Shown here in pieces: positions 1 to 13,989 of a stretch of DNA of 64,000 nt. The stretch spans positions 50,966,001 to 51,030,000 of the forward strand of contig NC_087437.1 of assembly GCF_036321535.1 (NCBI RefSeq). Reading direction: 5' to 3'. A model generated the notes under the pieces. That model did not search any database, was not told the origin of the DNA, and worked only from the letters and a program-made list of their open reading frames with translations. Source of the stretch: Camelus dromedarius. Its lineage: Eukaryota. The first letter of the stretch is position 1; every line of letters starts with the position of its first letter. The position numbers were made by a program, and so were the translations under genes.

Positions 1-1504
1 GATATGATTCAGTAGCTCTGATCTTTTATGATTCTTAAAAAATATGTAGGAACTTTTCAACACATACTGAAGGCATTCAGGAAGGACTATTAGATAATCC
101 CCAGTTTGCTGCTCAGAATTGTGGCTGTAATAAATGAGAAGATAAAATATTATTAAAAGGTGCTGTGTATAACCAATAGTCTATCCACAACACAGTTAAT
201 CATCATACTAATCCTTCCAGAAACATTATGGCAGGAGATCCTGAGGAAGCTAGCACTCAACAGTAGAAGTCCCTGCTCACTTCTCCAACTCACATCGCCA
301 CTGTGCAAATTGCTTCCTTCAGTATGGTGTGTGGAAAGGTAATGGTGACTATTACTAACTGATTCAAACTGGGGACTGGAAAACTTAGTCGTCACTTTCT
401 CATAGGGACAACTGGGATTTGAGTTCTTATACCTGGAGAAAGGGTCCTAGTGTGAAGAGACCCAGGAGATTGGTAGCCCCATTCTAAGAGTCTAAGGGCT
501 TTGCTTGAGCAAGAAAACAGAAGACCACTGGAAAGGGCCAAACTCTAGAGTCAGAAAGACCTGAATTTTAATTCTAGTTACTGTATTTCCCACACTGTGA
601 TCTTGACAATTTGCTTGACTTTGCAGATCCTCGGGTTCATCATCTATAAAATGGGTTACCCATCTCATCACATTGCTGTGGTTATCAAATGAGGGATCAT
701 TATGTAAAGTCCTTGACATCGAACCTGACGTACCATAGTGCTAAATAAGTAACAACTATCATTAAATAGCAAAGAAGAGCAGAGACATAAATTCCCCCCA
801 GACATGAGAACGATTTTGGCCACTGCCTGCCTGACTGACATGTAAATCATGTCTAACCCTCTCAAAATAGTCCGCCTTAACGGAAAGTCATTTCTTTGTC
901 TGAAATCGACAAGTACACCCTTCTTGCTAGGCTGCCCCCTTTCCTGAGGGCTCCGTCCTGGGTCATCAACGGGCCCAAAATGACACTGATGATGGGGAGT
1001 TGAAACAGGCTCTTTTTCAAAATTTAAGTTTCACCAATGTTTACTGAAGGCCGAGCATGGGCCAGCCATGGTACTGAACACCAGGGGATGCAGAGGGGAC
1101 TACATATTCCCCAGCCTTGCCTCAAGGAGCTCCCAGACCAAGGAGGCCAACATGAGAACAGAAAATCTCTGAATAGCATGTGGAACATGCAGGTTACTAT
1201 GAGGAAATAAGATACTCTAAATTATATGAAGCCTTTTAGATCCAATCTTTATATATCTTCAACATTTTATTCTGTTTCTTAGTTCATCAGTTCTTTTCCT
1301 TAACATTTAAACACTCAGCAAACATTCAAATGAGAAAACAAAATCCACCACTCTATTTGCTTCAAAAGTTTTCATCTTTGTCTCAATTGTACTAAATTTG
1401 TGAATTCTATGGTTCCTGTCCCTGGCATCAGAGGAGAAGTACCCAATATGGTCTGGAGAAGGCTTAGCCAGAAAGGATCTTTCTGTCACACTCTCTGTGA
1501 GGGT

Positions 1505-2010
1505 CACACTGGGGATGAGGGCTTTCATATGAATTTTGTGGGGACACAATTCAGTCCATAGCATTCCACCCTGAGGCCCCCAAATCCTTGTTCTTATTGC
1601 ATGGAAAAACACATTCATTCCATCCCAACAGCCCCAAAAGTGTAAACTCATTCCAGCATCAGTTCTATAGTCCAAAGTCCAAACTCTCATCTAAATATCT
1701 GAATCAGATACAGGTGAGACCAGAGGTATGATTCGTCCTGAGGCAAAACTCCTCTCCAGCTGTGAACCTGTAAAACCAAAGTTATGTGCTTCCAAATAAC
1801 AGTGGTGGGGCAGGCCTTTCCATTCCAAAAGGGAGAAATAGGAAAGAAAGAAGGGATGATAGATTCCAAGTAAGTATAAAACCCACCAAGGCAAATTCCA
1901 TTAGATCTTAAGGCTTGAGAATAATCCTCTTTGGCTCGATGCCCAGTTTTCCAGACCCACTGGAGCAGCAGTATCACCTCTGCAGCTCGGCCAGGCCAGG
2001 GTCATGCTCC
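1505..2010 (-). mobile_element. MaLR (MLT1) LTR end plus internal sequence
   Basis: GGGACACAATTCAGTCCATAGCA is followed by CATTCCATCCCAACAGCCCCAAAAG...CATTCCAAAAGGGAGAAATAGG, recognised as MaLR-internal-like. Confidence 0.7.
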
Positions 2011-2327
2011 CAGGCCTCCAGTCATTTTACCGGAGAGGATTTAATATAGAGCATATTTAACTAGGTAAAAAAGAACTGTTAGCTAAGTAACTAAAACGGA
2101 AAAAAGAGAACACTAAGCTATCACAGAGGTAGCAGCAGCAGGAAGCAGTTCATAGGCTGGGGGAACCAAGGGAAGAGGTTGGGATTATTAAAATTTAGGA
2201 GTTTGGAGGAGAGTCCCAGTGGATTGAGACTCAGACTTCTGAGGAAGGCAGCAGTGCTTGTGTCTCTGCAGGGATGCCCTGAGGTTGGCTTTGCAGGTTG
2301 GTAAAACCTCAAACTGGACTGAACTGC

Positions 2328-2745
2328 ATGTTATCTGCTAGGGCTGCCATAACAAAGCACCACAGCCTGGGTGACTTAGACAACCGAAATCTATCATCTC
2401 ACAGTTCCGGAGGCTAGAAGCCAAAATCAAGGTGTTGGCAGGGTGGGTTCCTTCTGAGAGCTGTGAAGGAAGGGATCTGGTCAAGGCCTCTGTCCTTGCT
2501 TGTAGATGGCTGTCTTCTCCCTGTGTCCCTTCACATTGTTTTCCCTTTTATGCATATCTCAGTGTCTAATTTTCCTCTTCTTATAAGGACATCAGTCATA
2601 TTGGATTAGGGCCCACCCTAATGACCTCATGTTAACTTGCTTGCCTCTGTAAAGACCCTATCTCCAAACAGAGTCACATTCTGAGGTACTGGGAGGTAGG
2701 ACCACAGCGTATGAGTTCTAGGAGAACACAATTCAACCCGTAACA
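2328..2745 (-). mobile_element. MLT1-type MaLR solo LTR
   Basis: GCTAGGGCTGCCATAACAAAGCACCACAG...CTCACAGTTCCGGAGGCTAGAAG...ACACAATTCAACCCGTAACA are MLT1 hallmarks. Confidence 0.85.
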
Positions 2746-3769
2746 AACTGCTTCTGGAGTGAACTACCTCTGCCGGGGTGGACTAGCTGCGCTGCTGGAT
2801 GCTGATGGCTGGGACAGGAAGCCAACAGAAATAAACCAGAAGCAAAGAGGAAAGAGTACGTCTCTTCTTCCACATCTAGCCCTGCAATCTTCCTCCAATG
2901 TCCATTATTGACAGAGCCTAAAAGGAAGCAGCTGGCCAAGGAAGAATGTGGTTTGCAGAGTCCCAGCCCCTGCATCACAAAGCAGGATATAAAAGAGTGT
3001 GTTTGAAGCTGAGAGACAGGAGTTTAATAATTGACACAGTGCTGAATAACTGTTACTTATGAATCACTAGCATCAGAACTTTTATTTTCATATTTCACAC
3101 ATTTTATAATATAATAAGGGCAAGTTACAGTGAAATATCTAATTGAACAAAAATACTGGCTATGCTGCTAAAGATGTACTGACGGCCAGTAGGCTAGAAC
3201 ATCACCGCGTTTTGGCTCATGCTCATTTGTCCACTGATACGCAGCAGTGTGTGGGCGGCCTTCAGAATTGAACTATAGAAGGCCAATGTGTAATATGTAT
3301 GGTGTGAGAAAACAGAAAAATAGGAAGTCAATTTGTCAGCAGTGTTGTCTCCATTTTATAGCTCAGGAGATGAAAATCAGGAGGTCGTTTGCCCAAGGTC
3401 ACACAGTGACAGCATGGATTTGAACTGGGGTCTGATTCTCTGTGCCTCCATTTCTTCATCAGCTAGATGAAGAGGACAGTACTCAGCGAACAGAGCTGCT
3501 TGAGAACTAAATAAGTTAATGTGTATAATGTGCTAAGACACAGATTGACGTGTAGCAAGAGCTCAACAAATGTTGGCCGAGTCTCGGGTTTTTCTATCAG
3601 CCCAGGCTGCCCTATTACATGCATTCATTGTTAAAACTTTACAGCATTTGGAGAATAGAACTGCAAAGAATAGAGATGGGGTTGGGAACAAAATTCTTTA
3701 AATTTTTTTTATCAGAATATATTTGCTATCCAATCTTTCTGTGGGCAATCATCCCTTTTGGACTCCCTG

Positions 3770-4680
3770 GAACTATGGACAAACTTCTATTGAGCACCAG
3801 CCACATGGTAATCACTGGAGATCTAACACTGAGACAGAGCTACACCTTCAAGTGTCTCGTCATCTACTTGAGGACTTAGACAAGCAATGATGACCCAGAA
3901 AAGGGCTGTGACGGAGGACATAGAGTGTGGGAGTCTGTAACAGGGAAATGATGTGGACCTGAGGAATTCAGGGAAAGCATTCATGGAGGAAGTCACATTT
4001 GAGTTGAAATCTGAAAGACAAGTAGGAGATTCGTAAGGATTTCAAACACAGGGGAGAACTTGAGGAAAAACCTAGAGGCAAGAGGGGGCAAGGAGTACTC
4101 AAAGAACTGAAGGAGGCTGATTATGGCATGGAAGTCGGGGTGGGCAACAGACAAAGCTGGCAAGACCCCCAGGACCTCTTCCTGAGGGCTGTGAGCCACA
4201 GGACCCTGGGCATTAACTGGATGATAGTGTAGGACCCCTGAAGGATTTTAAGCAAGTGAAGGACAGTTAGATGTGCGCTTTAAGATCAGCTCTGGATGCA
4301 GCACGGTTTGGAGTGAGGTGAGAGGAGAGGTGGGGAAGTCAGAAAGCTGCTACCTGCCAGCAAGCCAGATGAGAGATAACAGAGGTCTGAGATACAGATA
4401 TGGTTCTGGGGATGGAGAAAAATGAATGGATTCAAGTAATATTCAAAAGGAGTGAGGGGCAAGAGGAAGAAGAAAAGAGAGAAATAAAGGAAGACATCCA
4501 AGTTTCTACTTTGGGCAACTGGATAGATGGTGACATCCTTTACCAGGATAGGGGGCACGGGAGGCAAAGTAGGTTTAAGGAGGAAGATGATGGGTTTAGG
4601 TTTAGCGTTAGGATGGAGTTTGACTGTACAAGGATCATCCAGCTGGAGATGACCCATAGGTAACTGGATTCTCTGTAAAT
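3770..4680 (+). mobile_element. L2 LINE fragment(s)
   Basis: Purine-rich decayed L2 3' region (TATTGAGCACC..., GAAGGATTTTAAGCA, TTGGGCAACTGGATAGATGGTG). Confidence 0.65.
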
Positions 4681-7600
4681 TATCATGTCTTTTTTTTCCC
4701 CACCTCAACTGGTGAACCCAGTCCTCCCTCTCCAAGCAGCCAAGCTCTCTATGAACCAACCAATAAGTGCCTTGAGTACCACCTGCTATCTAGAGTATTA
4801 TTAGCCTCTCATTTTAATAACCGATACATTTAAATTTTCCCCCCTCCAAAATTCATCCTTAGTAAGAACAGGATGTGGGTGTACCCAGCAGATAATTATG
4901 TATGTACTGTGAACTCTATTTAAAATGAAACCATTGTTAGTCAACTGATAGATTCTTTCAAAATTCAAATTGAATTTTCGCTCTTTATTTTGTTACCACC
5001 AACTAGGATAGAGGGTCCCATTTTTTGTAATGTCGTCCTATCTTATTATTCTTCCCAGAACTAAAAGCTAAGAAACGGAACACAAGTTATTTGAATTTTT
5101 ATTCTTGAAAGGAAAATTCTAAGCTTCACAACATCAAATCAGATTTCTTAATCTGAGAATATGGCTGCTTAAGAATTGGAAAACGTGATGGTTAGAACAT
5201 TTAAATAAGTGGATATGACTTTAAATTCAGAAATCCCTGTGTCTAAGACTCTTCAACAAATGTTGGCTTGCTTTGGGAGATATTTAAAATATTAAGATAT
5301 TTAAGTGTAATACTGATTTCCTCTGCAGTGGGTCAAGTAACAGCTGCAGGGGAGGAAGTGGTGAAGTTTTTTCAGGTGGGAGCTGCTTTCCCCAGAAGGA
5401 GTGGACAGAACCTCGAGGGTACTACACCTCTGAAGACTGAGAGAATAGGAAAGCCATAGCCCACACAATCCAAAGAAACCATGTATGTTGAGAGGGATAC
5501 AAAAAAAGCCGCTTCCTCCAGGAAGCCTCCCCCCATTTCATTCAAGCTGGGTTAAATGTACCTCCCATTTGCTCACATAGAACCCTGGGAATTTCTGCCA
5601 TGGCTCTTGACACCTATTATTGGAAACATCTATTCTAGTGCCCATTCCTTCACTACACCAGTGTGCAGTGTGAGGGCACAAACTGTCTTGGACATTTGCA
5701 TCTCCCTAGTGTCAGACACAGTAGATACTCAATAAAATCTGTTAAGTAAAATAGCAAATGCTCTAGACACGTTTCTCAGGCAACTCTAACGTCAATAAAG
5801 ACACTTGGATGCTTAGAGTTAAATAAGCATAAATATATAATTTATAAAATCTTATTGACTCTTAGCTTTGCCTCAAACACAATACCTAGCTCCCTGAAAA
5901 GTCCTTTTAAAGAAGAAATTGTTCTAGATGTGCTTCAAATAAAGGTAGTTTTCACTTGGTCAGCCACTATGTAATGTTTCCCTTTTCTCCTCTGCTCTGG
6001 CCACCTCCACGGGGCACCATTCACAAATCCTTCAATTCAAAATATTCACTGAGGGAATACTCTGTGGCAAACTTTGTGCTAAAGGCAGGATGTGCAGCAT
6101 TAAACATGATAGAACCAGGCCATGCCCTCATGCAGCTTCCAGCCTAGTGTCCACTGGCACCTACCCACCTCCAAAACTCCAAAGACCCTGAGACTGTCAT
6201 GTGGGAATAATACATTTTTATCTTTAATCTCTTGAAAATGTAATACATTGATAAGGCAAGCCTGTGCTAATTCAGGAATATCTGGAGGTTTGCCATCCAG
6301 AGGTAATTAACGCATCTGCGAAGGATTTTAATTTTCCTAAAGCAACTGAGAACAGGTCAATCCAAAGGGATCCATACTGAGGCACATCCACGTTTCCTGT
6401 GGCTTCCCTCAATGTGAGCACCTGCATCAGGATATCCGCCCTGACTGCCATCTCAGAGTAGCCAAGGGAGACAAAGATCCCATGCCGTGCAGCATCATTT
6501 GCTAAGGTCTTTCAGTTGCCTGCTTACAGGCCTCTCTGGTGTCAATTAAGGAAAGGCACTCCCTCTGGGCAGGCACATTAGAAAAAGGCATCCCTTCCTC
6601 CCCAGCAGATGTAGCCCCACTCAGGGGCACACAGCTGGGGAGTAGACCTCAGCCAGGATTTCAGTCCCAACATACACCCTCAGCATAGTCTCATGCCAAA
6701 GCCCTGCTACCAACTCCCTGGTCCATGCACTGGGTGCAAAATACATTAGTGCTTTTACATTACATATGTTTAAATTAACATTCATAACTAAGGAAACCAG
6801 TTTTTCTGGGAAAATTACTGAACTAAATGGAAAGACTTTCCTGAAATCCCAGCAGCAGACACAGAAACTTTAAGCACAATTCAAAATCATTAAACTTTTT
6901 CCAAGATTACAACTTATTTCTGCCACAGAACTCAGTAACTCTTCAAAACCTGGGACTTCACTGAGCTGTGAGCAGTTCAGAAATGGAAAATAAGCAGAGT
7001 CTCCAGTTGTGGGTTTGGGACTAAAGCCCAGAACCTCCCTGGACAAATAGCAAGGCAAGTGTTCCCACAGCTCACCCAAGTCACATTGCTGAGGAAGTGC
7101 AGTCTGGTAGCCTTTGAGTCTCTCAGAGCTTCAATTCCCTGTAAGTCATTTTTCTCCAGCAACAAATCAACAAATCCCCTCATCGTAGCCACTTATTATA
7201 TGAAAGTAAGTCACTATCTCTACCTTTGGGTTCAACCATTTCCAAACGCCCATAAATTGGTTATAGTTCTAAGCACAGGCCTGAGGAAAATGTATAATCT
7301 TAATCATTTCCTCCATCACACTATTCAATGAACTTCACTTGAAAGGTGGCCTTCATGTGGGCTGGGGCAGCCCTGCTCCTTTAAGATCTAGACATGGCAG
7401 GTTCAAATCCCAATTCCAGGTCCTGTGGAAAGTCCTGGGCTCTCCCGAGGTTTCTGCAAATAGGGCAGGGCAGGAAGATGGTGCTGCAGCTCCTTCAGCT
7501 CTGGTTCTCAGCCTCCTTGGAATTCGGGCTCTCCATTCTGCCCCTGGGGTTGCTCCTTTATCCTGTCCTGGTGGGATTCCCCCTGGACCAGCTTTTTCAC

Positions 7601-8667
7601 TTGTGACTCCAAGAAGCAACCGTGAAGATAAGGCTGCTGTGGGGAGATGTTACAGGGCTGCTCTACACAAGCAGATGAGGCTGTGGACAGCCTGTTCTCA
7701 GAGGTCCTCACATGCTCGGCACCGAGTATCTCCCACGACCCCCTCCTAGCCTGGGACATCCTGGCCTTGCTCGTGCCTCTCCCTCCTTGTCCTCTCCCCT
7801 TTCCAGGCACCGCCACCCCCAGGTCCTAATTCTTCTCACAATTTGAGATAAGCCATTCAGCCCCCTGTCCCAAGTTATCCCAGGCCCAACTTCAAATAAA
7901 CCCTTCAGGAGGCTCAGCTGGACAAACAGGCCACACTACTGTTTCAGCAGAGGCCTTGACTTCATAGGTTTTTTCTTTAACAACATTCACCATCCTTGAA
8001 GACAGCTGTGGTTTCAAAGAGCCATTTTCTCTTTGCTTTTGCTTTTCTGATGAGTGGTGCAATGGAAATCAGGCACTTGAACCTCTTTCTTCAGCTTGAT
8101 TAAACAGTGGAAACCTTTTCCCCCCATTCTATTGCAGGTGCCTAGTCTACGGTAAGAGCATTCAACTTTTCCAATCTTAGAATAAAGTCCCCAGACAACA
8201 AATTAGCAGGTGGTTTAGCCCTACTGGTTTATACTGCTAGCTTCTTAGGTTTAAAGACAGAAAGATTTGAGTTTAAAATCTGGGTCAGGCTAGGGCCCAA
8301 GGTCAGACAGGCCCTGTTTGATTAACGAGCTCTGTGTGAGGCAGCCGGTCTCGGGAACGCTGCCACACAGTGGTCACACCAGGCCAAGGGCCAGTCTTGC
8401 TTACTGTAGTGGCTTCTTTGGCTGACAGTTATTTTGCTGTTTCCTCTGATCCTTCTCTGCCATCCCTACTCACACATCAAAAGCAGAAAGGGGGCAGATT
8501 CTAGTTTTGTACATTCTCTGAAAAGATAAAAAGAAACTCTTAAAGTGTGTGCATGTGTGTGTGTGCATTCATTCATACACATACATCCACACATATATAT
8601 TATATGCATATATGTGTGTTTGTGTATATACATTTTTTTCACAGACTCCTCGAGCTCATCATAGTAA

Positions 8668-8998
8668 TAATTCAACCCTGACAGTATATTAGAATCACCT
8701 GAGAGCTTTTGAAAAGAGACTGATGCCTTGGCCCATCCCAGACCAACTGAATCATTCTCTCTGGAGATAGGGCCTGGGTACCAGAATTTTCGGAGTCCTT
8801 TCTAAACTCCCAAGGAGATTCTAATGTATAGCCAGGATTGAGAACTCCTTAGAGGTCTTCTAAGTGCAAGCTACTCAAGTCTGAATAGCAGAGCAGCATT
8901 GCCTGGGAGTCAGAATCTCAAGCCACACTCTAGAGCTACTGAGTCAGTATCTGCATTTCAACAAGATCCCAGGGAAACCATGTGTACGTTAGAGTTTG
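8668..8998. mobile_element. Two adjacent MER5-like hAT-Charlie MITE fragments
   Basis: TTAGAATCACCTGAGAGCTTTT...GATTCTAATGTATAGCCAGGATTGAGAAC is followed by ACTGAGTCAGTATCTGCATTTCAACAAGATCCCAGG. Confidence 0.7.
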
Positions 8999-9299
8999 AT
9001 GGATGAGGCCCCAAGAGACTAAGTGACTTCAGAGGTCATTCTGTTAACTGGAGACATAAATGGGACTGGAGCCCAGACCTCTTTTCTACTAGGCCCTTTA
9101 TTTCCATTACATGATCATTTTTCAGAGTTAGCCAATAGTTAGGTATCCCTCAAAATGTGTATGATGTAGTCGTTCTTAAGTTTATCACAGCTATCTATGA
9201 CTTCCCTCTGTTTTAAAAGAAAAGCATGAAATTTAAAAAACATTTAAGTTTAAGATTTGCAAGTGTTAGCCACTATAAAAAGAATAGATTTTTTAAAAG

Positions 9300-9461
9300 T
9301 TTCTTCTATATAGTACAGGGAACTATATTCAATATCTTGTAATAACCTTTAATGAAAAAGAATATGAAAACAAATATACATATGTATATGCATGACTGGG
9401 ACATTGTGCTGTACACCAAAAATTGACACATTGTAACTGATTTTACTTCAATTAAAAAAAA
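9300..9461 (+). mobile_element. Short L1 3'-terminal fragment (same family as 18.8 kb)
   Basis: It shares CATGACTGGGACATTGTGCTGTACACC...AATTGACACATTGTAA and an A tail with the 18.8 and 42.5 kb copies. Confidence 0.85.
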
Positions 9462-11538
9462 TTTAAGATTCTCAGAGGTTACCTTTTCTGCTGGAGGAGG
9501 ACAAAGTGATTAGATGACATGACAAACAAATACTTAAGTAGGATATCGTGGAGCAGCTGTGGAGAAAAGATGGCAGACATTTCACCAAACAATCCCACCT
9601 AATTTGTGGATCAGCAGGTTGCAGGAGCCACACGGAGGTTGACAAACAAGAGAGACTGCCTGCAATCCAGCAACTCTGTACCTTGTGACACATCAGAACT
9701 CAGCATGGGTAAGACACCAAGGCCTCCATCTTGCATCGCTGAAGAGCCTCTAAAAAGAGGGGAGGTTGCTTACAGACTTGCAAATGTCATAGGTTCCCTT
9801 TCATGTGAGGACATTTCACATTTCATTATCACAGATGAAGGAAACAAGCAAAAAAAATCCCACAGATCCATGTGAGACAAAGTTTTACAGTCAGGCCACC
9901 CAGCTATATCAGGAATTCCATTAATTCCTGCTCTAGCCCTAGGAAACTGCCAGATTCCCCTTTCACCAGGTTCCAGGCTTGCCCTCCCATCCACATACCC
10001 GGTGTAGTCACTTTAAGATCTCACACCCTCTCCCAGAATCACACAAGCCCCACAGGGAAGGATACTTCCTCATAAAATTGCGTTCACAGCCTTTGCTTTG
10101 AACTAGTCTCCTTGAGCCGTTCCTTATGCTTTATTCCGTTCCCATGATGCTGCTTGTTTGGGAGATGTTTGGATTCTCCACCCTGGTCACATGACCTCAG
10201 GCTGCTTCAGGCAAACAGCGCCACCCCCCCCCCCCCACCTCCACCATCTGACTGCCTGGGATTCTTGTGCCCTGGCCCCACTCCTGTAAGTAGAACATTC
10301 TTCAGTCCTGAGAATGGCGTCAGGCCACCAGGAATCCACAGGTCCAGGCCCAGGGGCACTTGCCACTCCCTGGTTCCCTCGTCCCGCCTCCTGAAAACTC
10401 CCAGCAGTACCTCACCCTGAGGCTACTGACTGAGCCCTGAGAAGAGACCTCAGCTGAGCCTGAGGCTGAGCACTAAGGGATGTGGCGCTGCAGCACTGTC
10501 CCAGGACCACTCTTTGTCCTGATGCCTTTTCTGGGGCATTTTCTGGCAAATGAATGCAGCTGCTTAATTTCTCCATGCAATTTGTGCTTCCATGGCTATG
10601 ACCCTCAGGAGAGGCAGAATGAGTAGTGTTTTGGTTCCCTGCCTGATGAAAGTGATCCACATCCAAGGACACATTCCTTATGTGATATGTACCGCTTCTC
10701 CAGCTATCTGTGGCAGTAGGCAGCTCAAACAGCAGAAAACGCCACTGCTGATGGCAAGGATTACAACAAAGACACTCTGCAACTCAGAGGTCATGCTATC
10801 AGGGAAAACGCCCCACAAAGACATGCAGAAATTTTCTTCCAGCCCTTTGGATGCCTGTAATCATGAAGCCAGCTGGAAGCCAGGCCCGCTTTGGGGCAGC
10901 AGCTGTTACTGGGTAATTAAAGCCAGGCAAAATGCAGAGGGGGCCAGAAGGCTGACGTGAGATCAGGCAGGGTCAGGCAGGACATAGATCAGCTCAGGCC
11001 TGTAAAATACACATTAGCTGCGGACAGACAGGATGGCCCATCTCAACACTGTCAAAGGAGAGGAACTCTAACTGTAGGGATCTAACAAGGCTTCCTTCAT
11101 AGAACACCGCCGCAGACCCATTCTCTCACTCTCTTCTGCTGCGGGCTCCGTCGGGAAGGTTGAAGAGTCCGTGCTTCCTGTTATCAGATGATTTTACTAG
11201 CAGGAAACGAACTCTCTTTCCTCTTCTGTGGCATTTTGAATGGATGAATGGAGGGAAGGGTGAATGAATGAATGAATGATTGAATGAAAGAACAAGAAGT
11301 AGGAACAAGTGTATATCATAGATAGAGCCAGTAGCAAGGATTTAGTTTAAGGTCAGGATTTATCACCCTCCCCAAACTATCTGTGAAGACCACACTGACA
11401 GTTGAGTTTCCAATGAAGCTGAGGATATGATCTTCATGGTACCAACAGCAACTTTAATGATAACAGTAATCATTTGTCAGAGAGCTGCTGCTCTGCACCA
11501 AGCATTGTGTCATATGCTGTATCAGATAGGACTCTTGC

Positions 11539-11831
11539 GTGTTCTGTGCAGCCTACTTTGAGAAGAGTGTTATTTCAGGGAGTGGGGGTGACAGCTGTTC
11601 TGTAATGCATTTAGAGAAGTGTTGAAAAGCACACGTAATAAAGATGTTTATAAGAGTTATACATGCAGAATACTATGAGAAGAGGGTTACTTCAAGGAAT
11701 GGATATGATATCTCTTCTGTAATGCATTTATAGAAGTGTTTATAAACATTAGTTAAAAAAACAGTGTTTGTTTAAAAAGTGGTATCCACTTGGGACAAAT
11801 AAAACAGTGTTTTTTAAGTGAAAAAAAAAAA
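11539..11831 (+). mobile_element. 293-bp retroposed insert of unknown source (truncated retrocopy or orphan 3' transduction)
   Basis: There is a perfect 11-bp TSD AGGACTCTTGC (11528-11538 and 11832-11842), AATAAA at 11798-11803 and poly(A) from 11821. Confidence 0.8.
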
Positions 11832-12527
11832 AGGACTCTTGCTGTTTCGAGGAACAAAACCCAACTCAAATTGACACAAGCATTAAAAAAAGAAATTGTT
11901 ACAGATACAGGGAGGTCATTTTGAACCCATGATCAGGAATGCCCCTAGGTTTTCGTAGGGCAGGGAATGAACCAGTAGACAGTCTCTTCTCTTAACATCT
12001 GATTTATTATTTTTCTCAAACAGGATCTTTTAGCTTCTTTACCCATGTGATAGAAAACGCGACTGCCCTACGACCCACATTTATGTGCAATCGTTTCATC
12101 TCTCAGGGAAAATAATTACCCAGAGCTTGAGGGGATATGTAGGATGTCATTGGTAAAGGGTTAGAAAACAGAGGCTTTGAAGAAACCAAAAGACAAGAAG
12201 GGGTAATTAACATAGTCTTGTGGCCTGTAGAAAATAGTTTTCCACTTGTCTATCAAGAAGTTGAACTGGCCTAGACTGCCATTCCCCTATTTAAACTTAA
12301 TCTCTTAAGTCATGATTCAGCCAGCCACCTTATAACCCTGCTACTTCTTGGTAACCTCCTATTCCTTGGAATTTAAGTTGCCTCTTGTTTCCAGGGTGGA
12401 TCACAGGTGCCACCAAGTCTTAAAATACACTAATGATATGTTAGATGTCAACCTTGACCCATCACTTGAAATCAACTTCTTGCTTTAAAGCATTGGGCTT
12501 CTCTACAAGGCTCAGATCCTCCAAGGT

Positions 12528-13038
12528 TTACAGAGATGAGTCAACAACAAAAAATTAATCAATAGTCAATCTAAGAAAGAAATGGAAATTTTATATGAGC
12601 CAACTTGAGGATTATAACTTGAGAGACAGTCTTTCAGAAAACTCTGAAGACTGTTTTCCCATTAGAAGTCAAAGCACGGTTACATAATTTTTTGAGACAA
12701 ACGATTATACATCAAAGTAACATACTGACAGTTTACATAGTCCAACAAGGCAAGTAATGGGCTATTGTGACCCCTAATAAGATTGAGAAAGGAATGTTAT
12801 CTCTCAAGGGGTTAACCTTGCTGGTGCCAGGAGGAAGTTGCTTTTTTTGTTTTGTTTTGTTTTCTTTTGTTTTGTTTTGTTTGGCAAGTAGGCATTCCTG
12901 TGTCTTCTGAGGGGACCTAGTTCATGTATAATGCAGATGCACCAGGCACACTAAGGGGTGGGGGTAGTGGCTCAAGCGGGCAGAGAATTTTACATTTAAA
13001 ATTTTTCTTGTCCTGCCTTAAAAATAATTTTATTTCAT
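12528..13038. mobile_element. ERV1-type solo LTR (MER41-like), with internal (TTTTG)n tract
   Basis: GGAAATTTTATATGAGCCAACTTGAGGATTATAAC...CAGTCTTTCAGAAAACTCTGA resembles cetartiodactyl MER41-like LTRs. The family assignment is tentative. Confidence 0.5.
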
Positions 13039-13989
13039 CAGATGGGAGGATAAAGGTAAGACAGGCTTTGCATTTTATTATGCCTCTGAAGCATTTATCA
13101 CACTGAGGTAGAAAGCTGAAAATCTCCCACCATAATAACCATACCGTCATTTGTCAGGCCCATTCCATCTATCAGACCCTTATACTCAAACAACTTTGCA
13201 AAGATAATTATTTCTTAGAGGGAGAAATTAAGATACAGAGAGGTTAAGCGACTTGCCCAAGATGATTAAGCCAGTGACAGAGATAGAATTTGAACCCAGA
13301 TGTCTCTGACATCAAAGCCCATGTGTTTTCCACCGTACCATGCTGATCAAATAGTCATTGTCATCTATTGCTATTTGCAATTTGAATTTGGTTGTGGAGG
13401 AAGGAATGGAAATTATAAACATAGGACAGTATTCCAGAATTTCTTATCATTTCTATGACTCACAGCACCTGATCCAAGTCACCTTGGATTTTCTATTATT
13501 TGAGTGTACACTAGACATATTCAGCCTCAGGAGATCTTGAGGGTTCCAGTATAGGCAAGTGCTTTGTCCTTGAGGAGGGAGGTCTTGCTCTGGGCCCTCC
13601 GCACTAGAGGATTTGTCCTTCAGTCTGGTCATTATGAGGTGGAATGAATGCTGTAAGTATTGCCCTTTTTGCCATTCTAACAAGATTTTCTTGAGGAGAG
13701 TCTGCTCAGGCCTTAAGTGTTTCCTTCTCTGTCATTTTCTGACTGCAGAGAAGACAAAACGAATCACTATTAACATTTATCTTACCCAGATCCCGAAGAT
13801 CCTGTTCCCTCTTACCAGGTAACATGCAGGGTGAGGCAGTGGCCCACTTGGTTGGAGGAAACACCACGCTGAAGTGGCAGCCTCCACTCTGAACGAGCTT
13901 TAGGACCCTGTAATTTCACTCTGGGCTCTTCTAACTCAGGTCCACGTGGTACCTCCAAAGGATGATTAATCACTGCTGGATGTTGCCCC

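Noticed and set aside
7339..7829. Cluster of 60-136 aa ORFs in moderately GC-rich unique sequence (similarly at 10.1-11.0 and 15.0-15.4 kb)
   Set aside because: There is no domain similarity or coherent splice structure, and the lengths are consistent with chance.
8545..8632. Alternating TG/CA/TA tract with self-complementary arms
   Set aside because: This is a degenerate microsatellite, and its hairpin potential follows trivially from low complexity.
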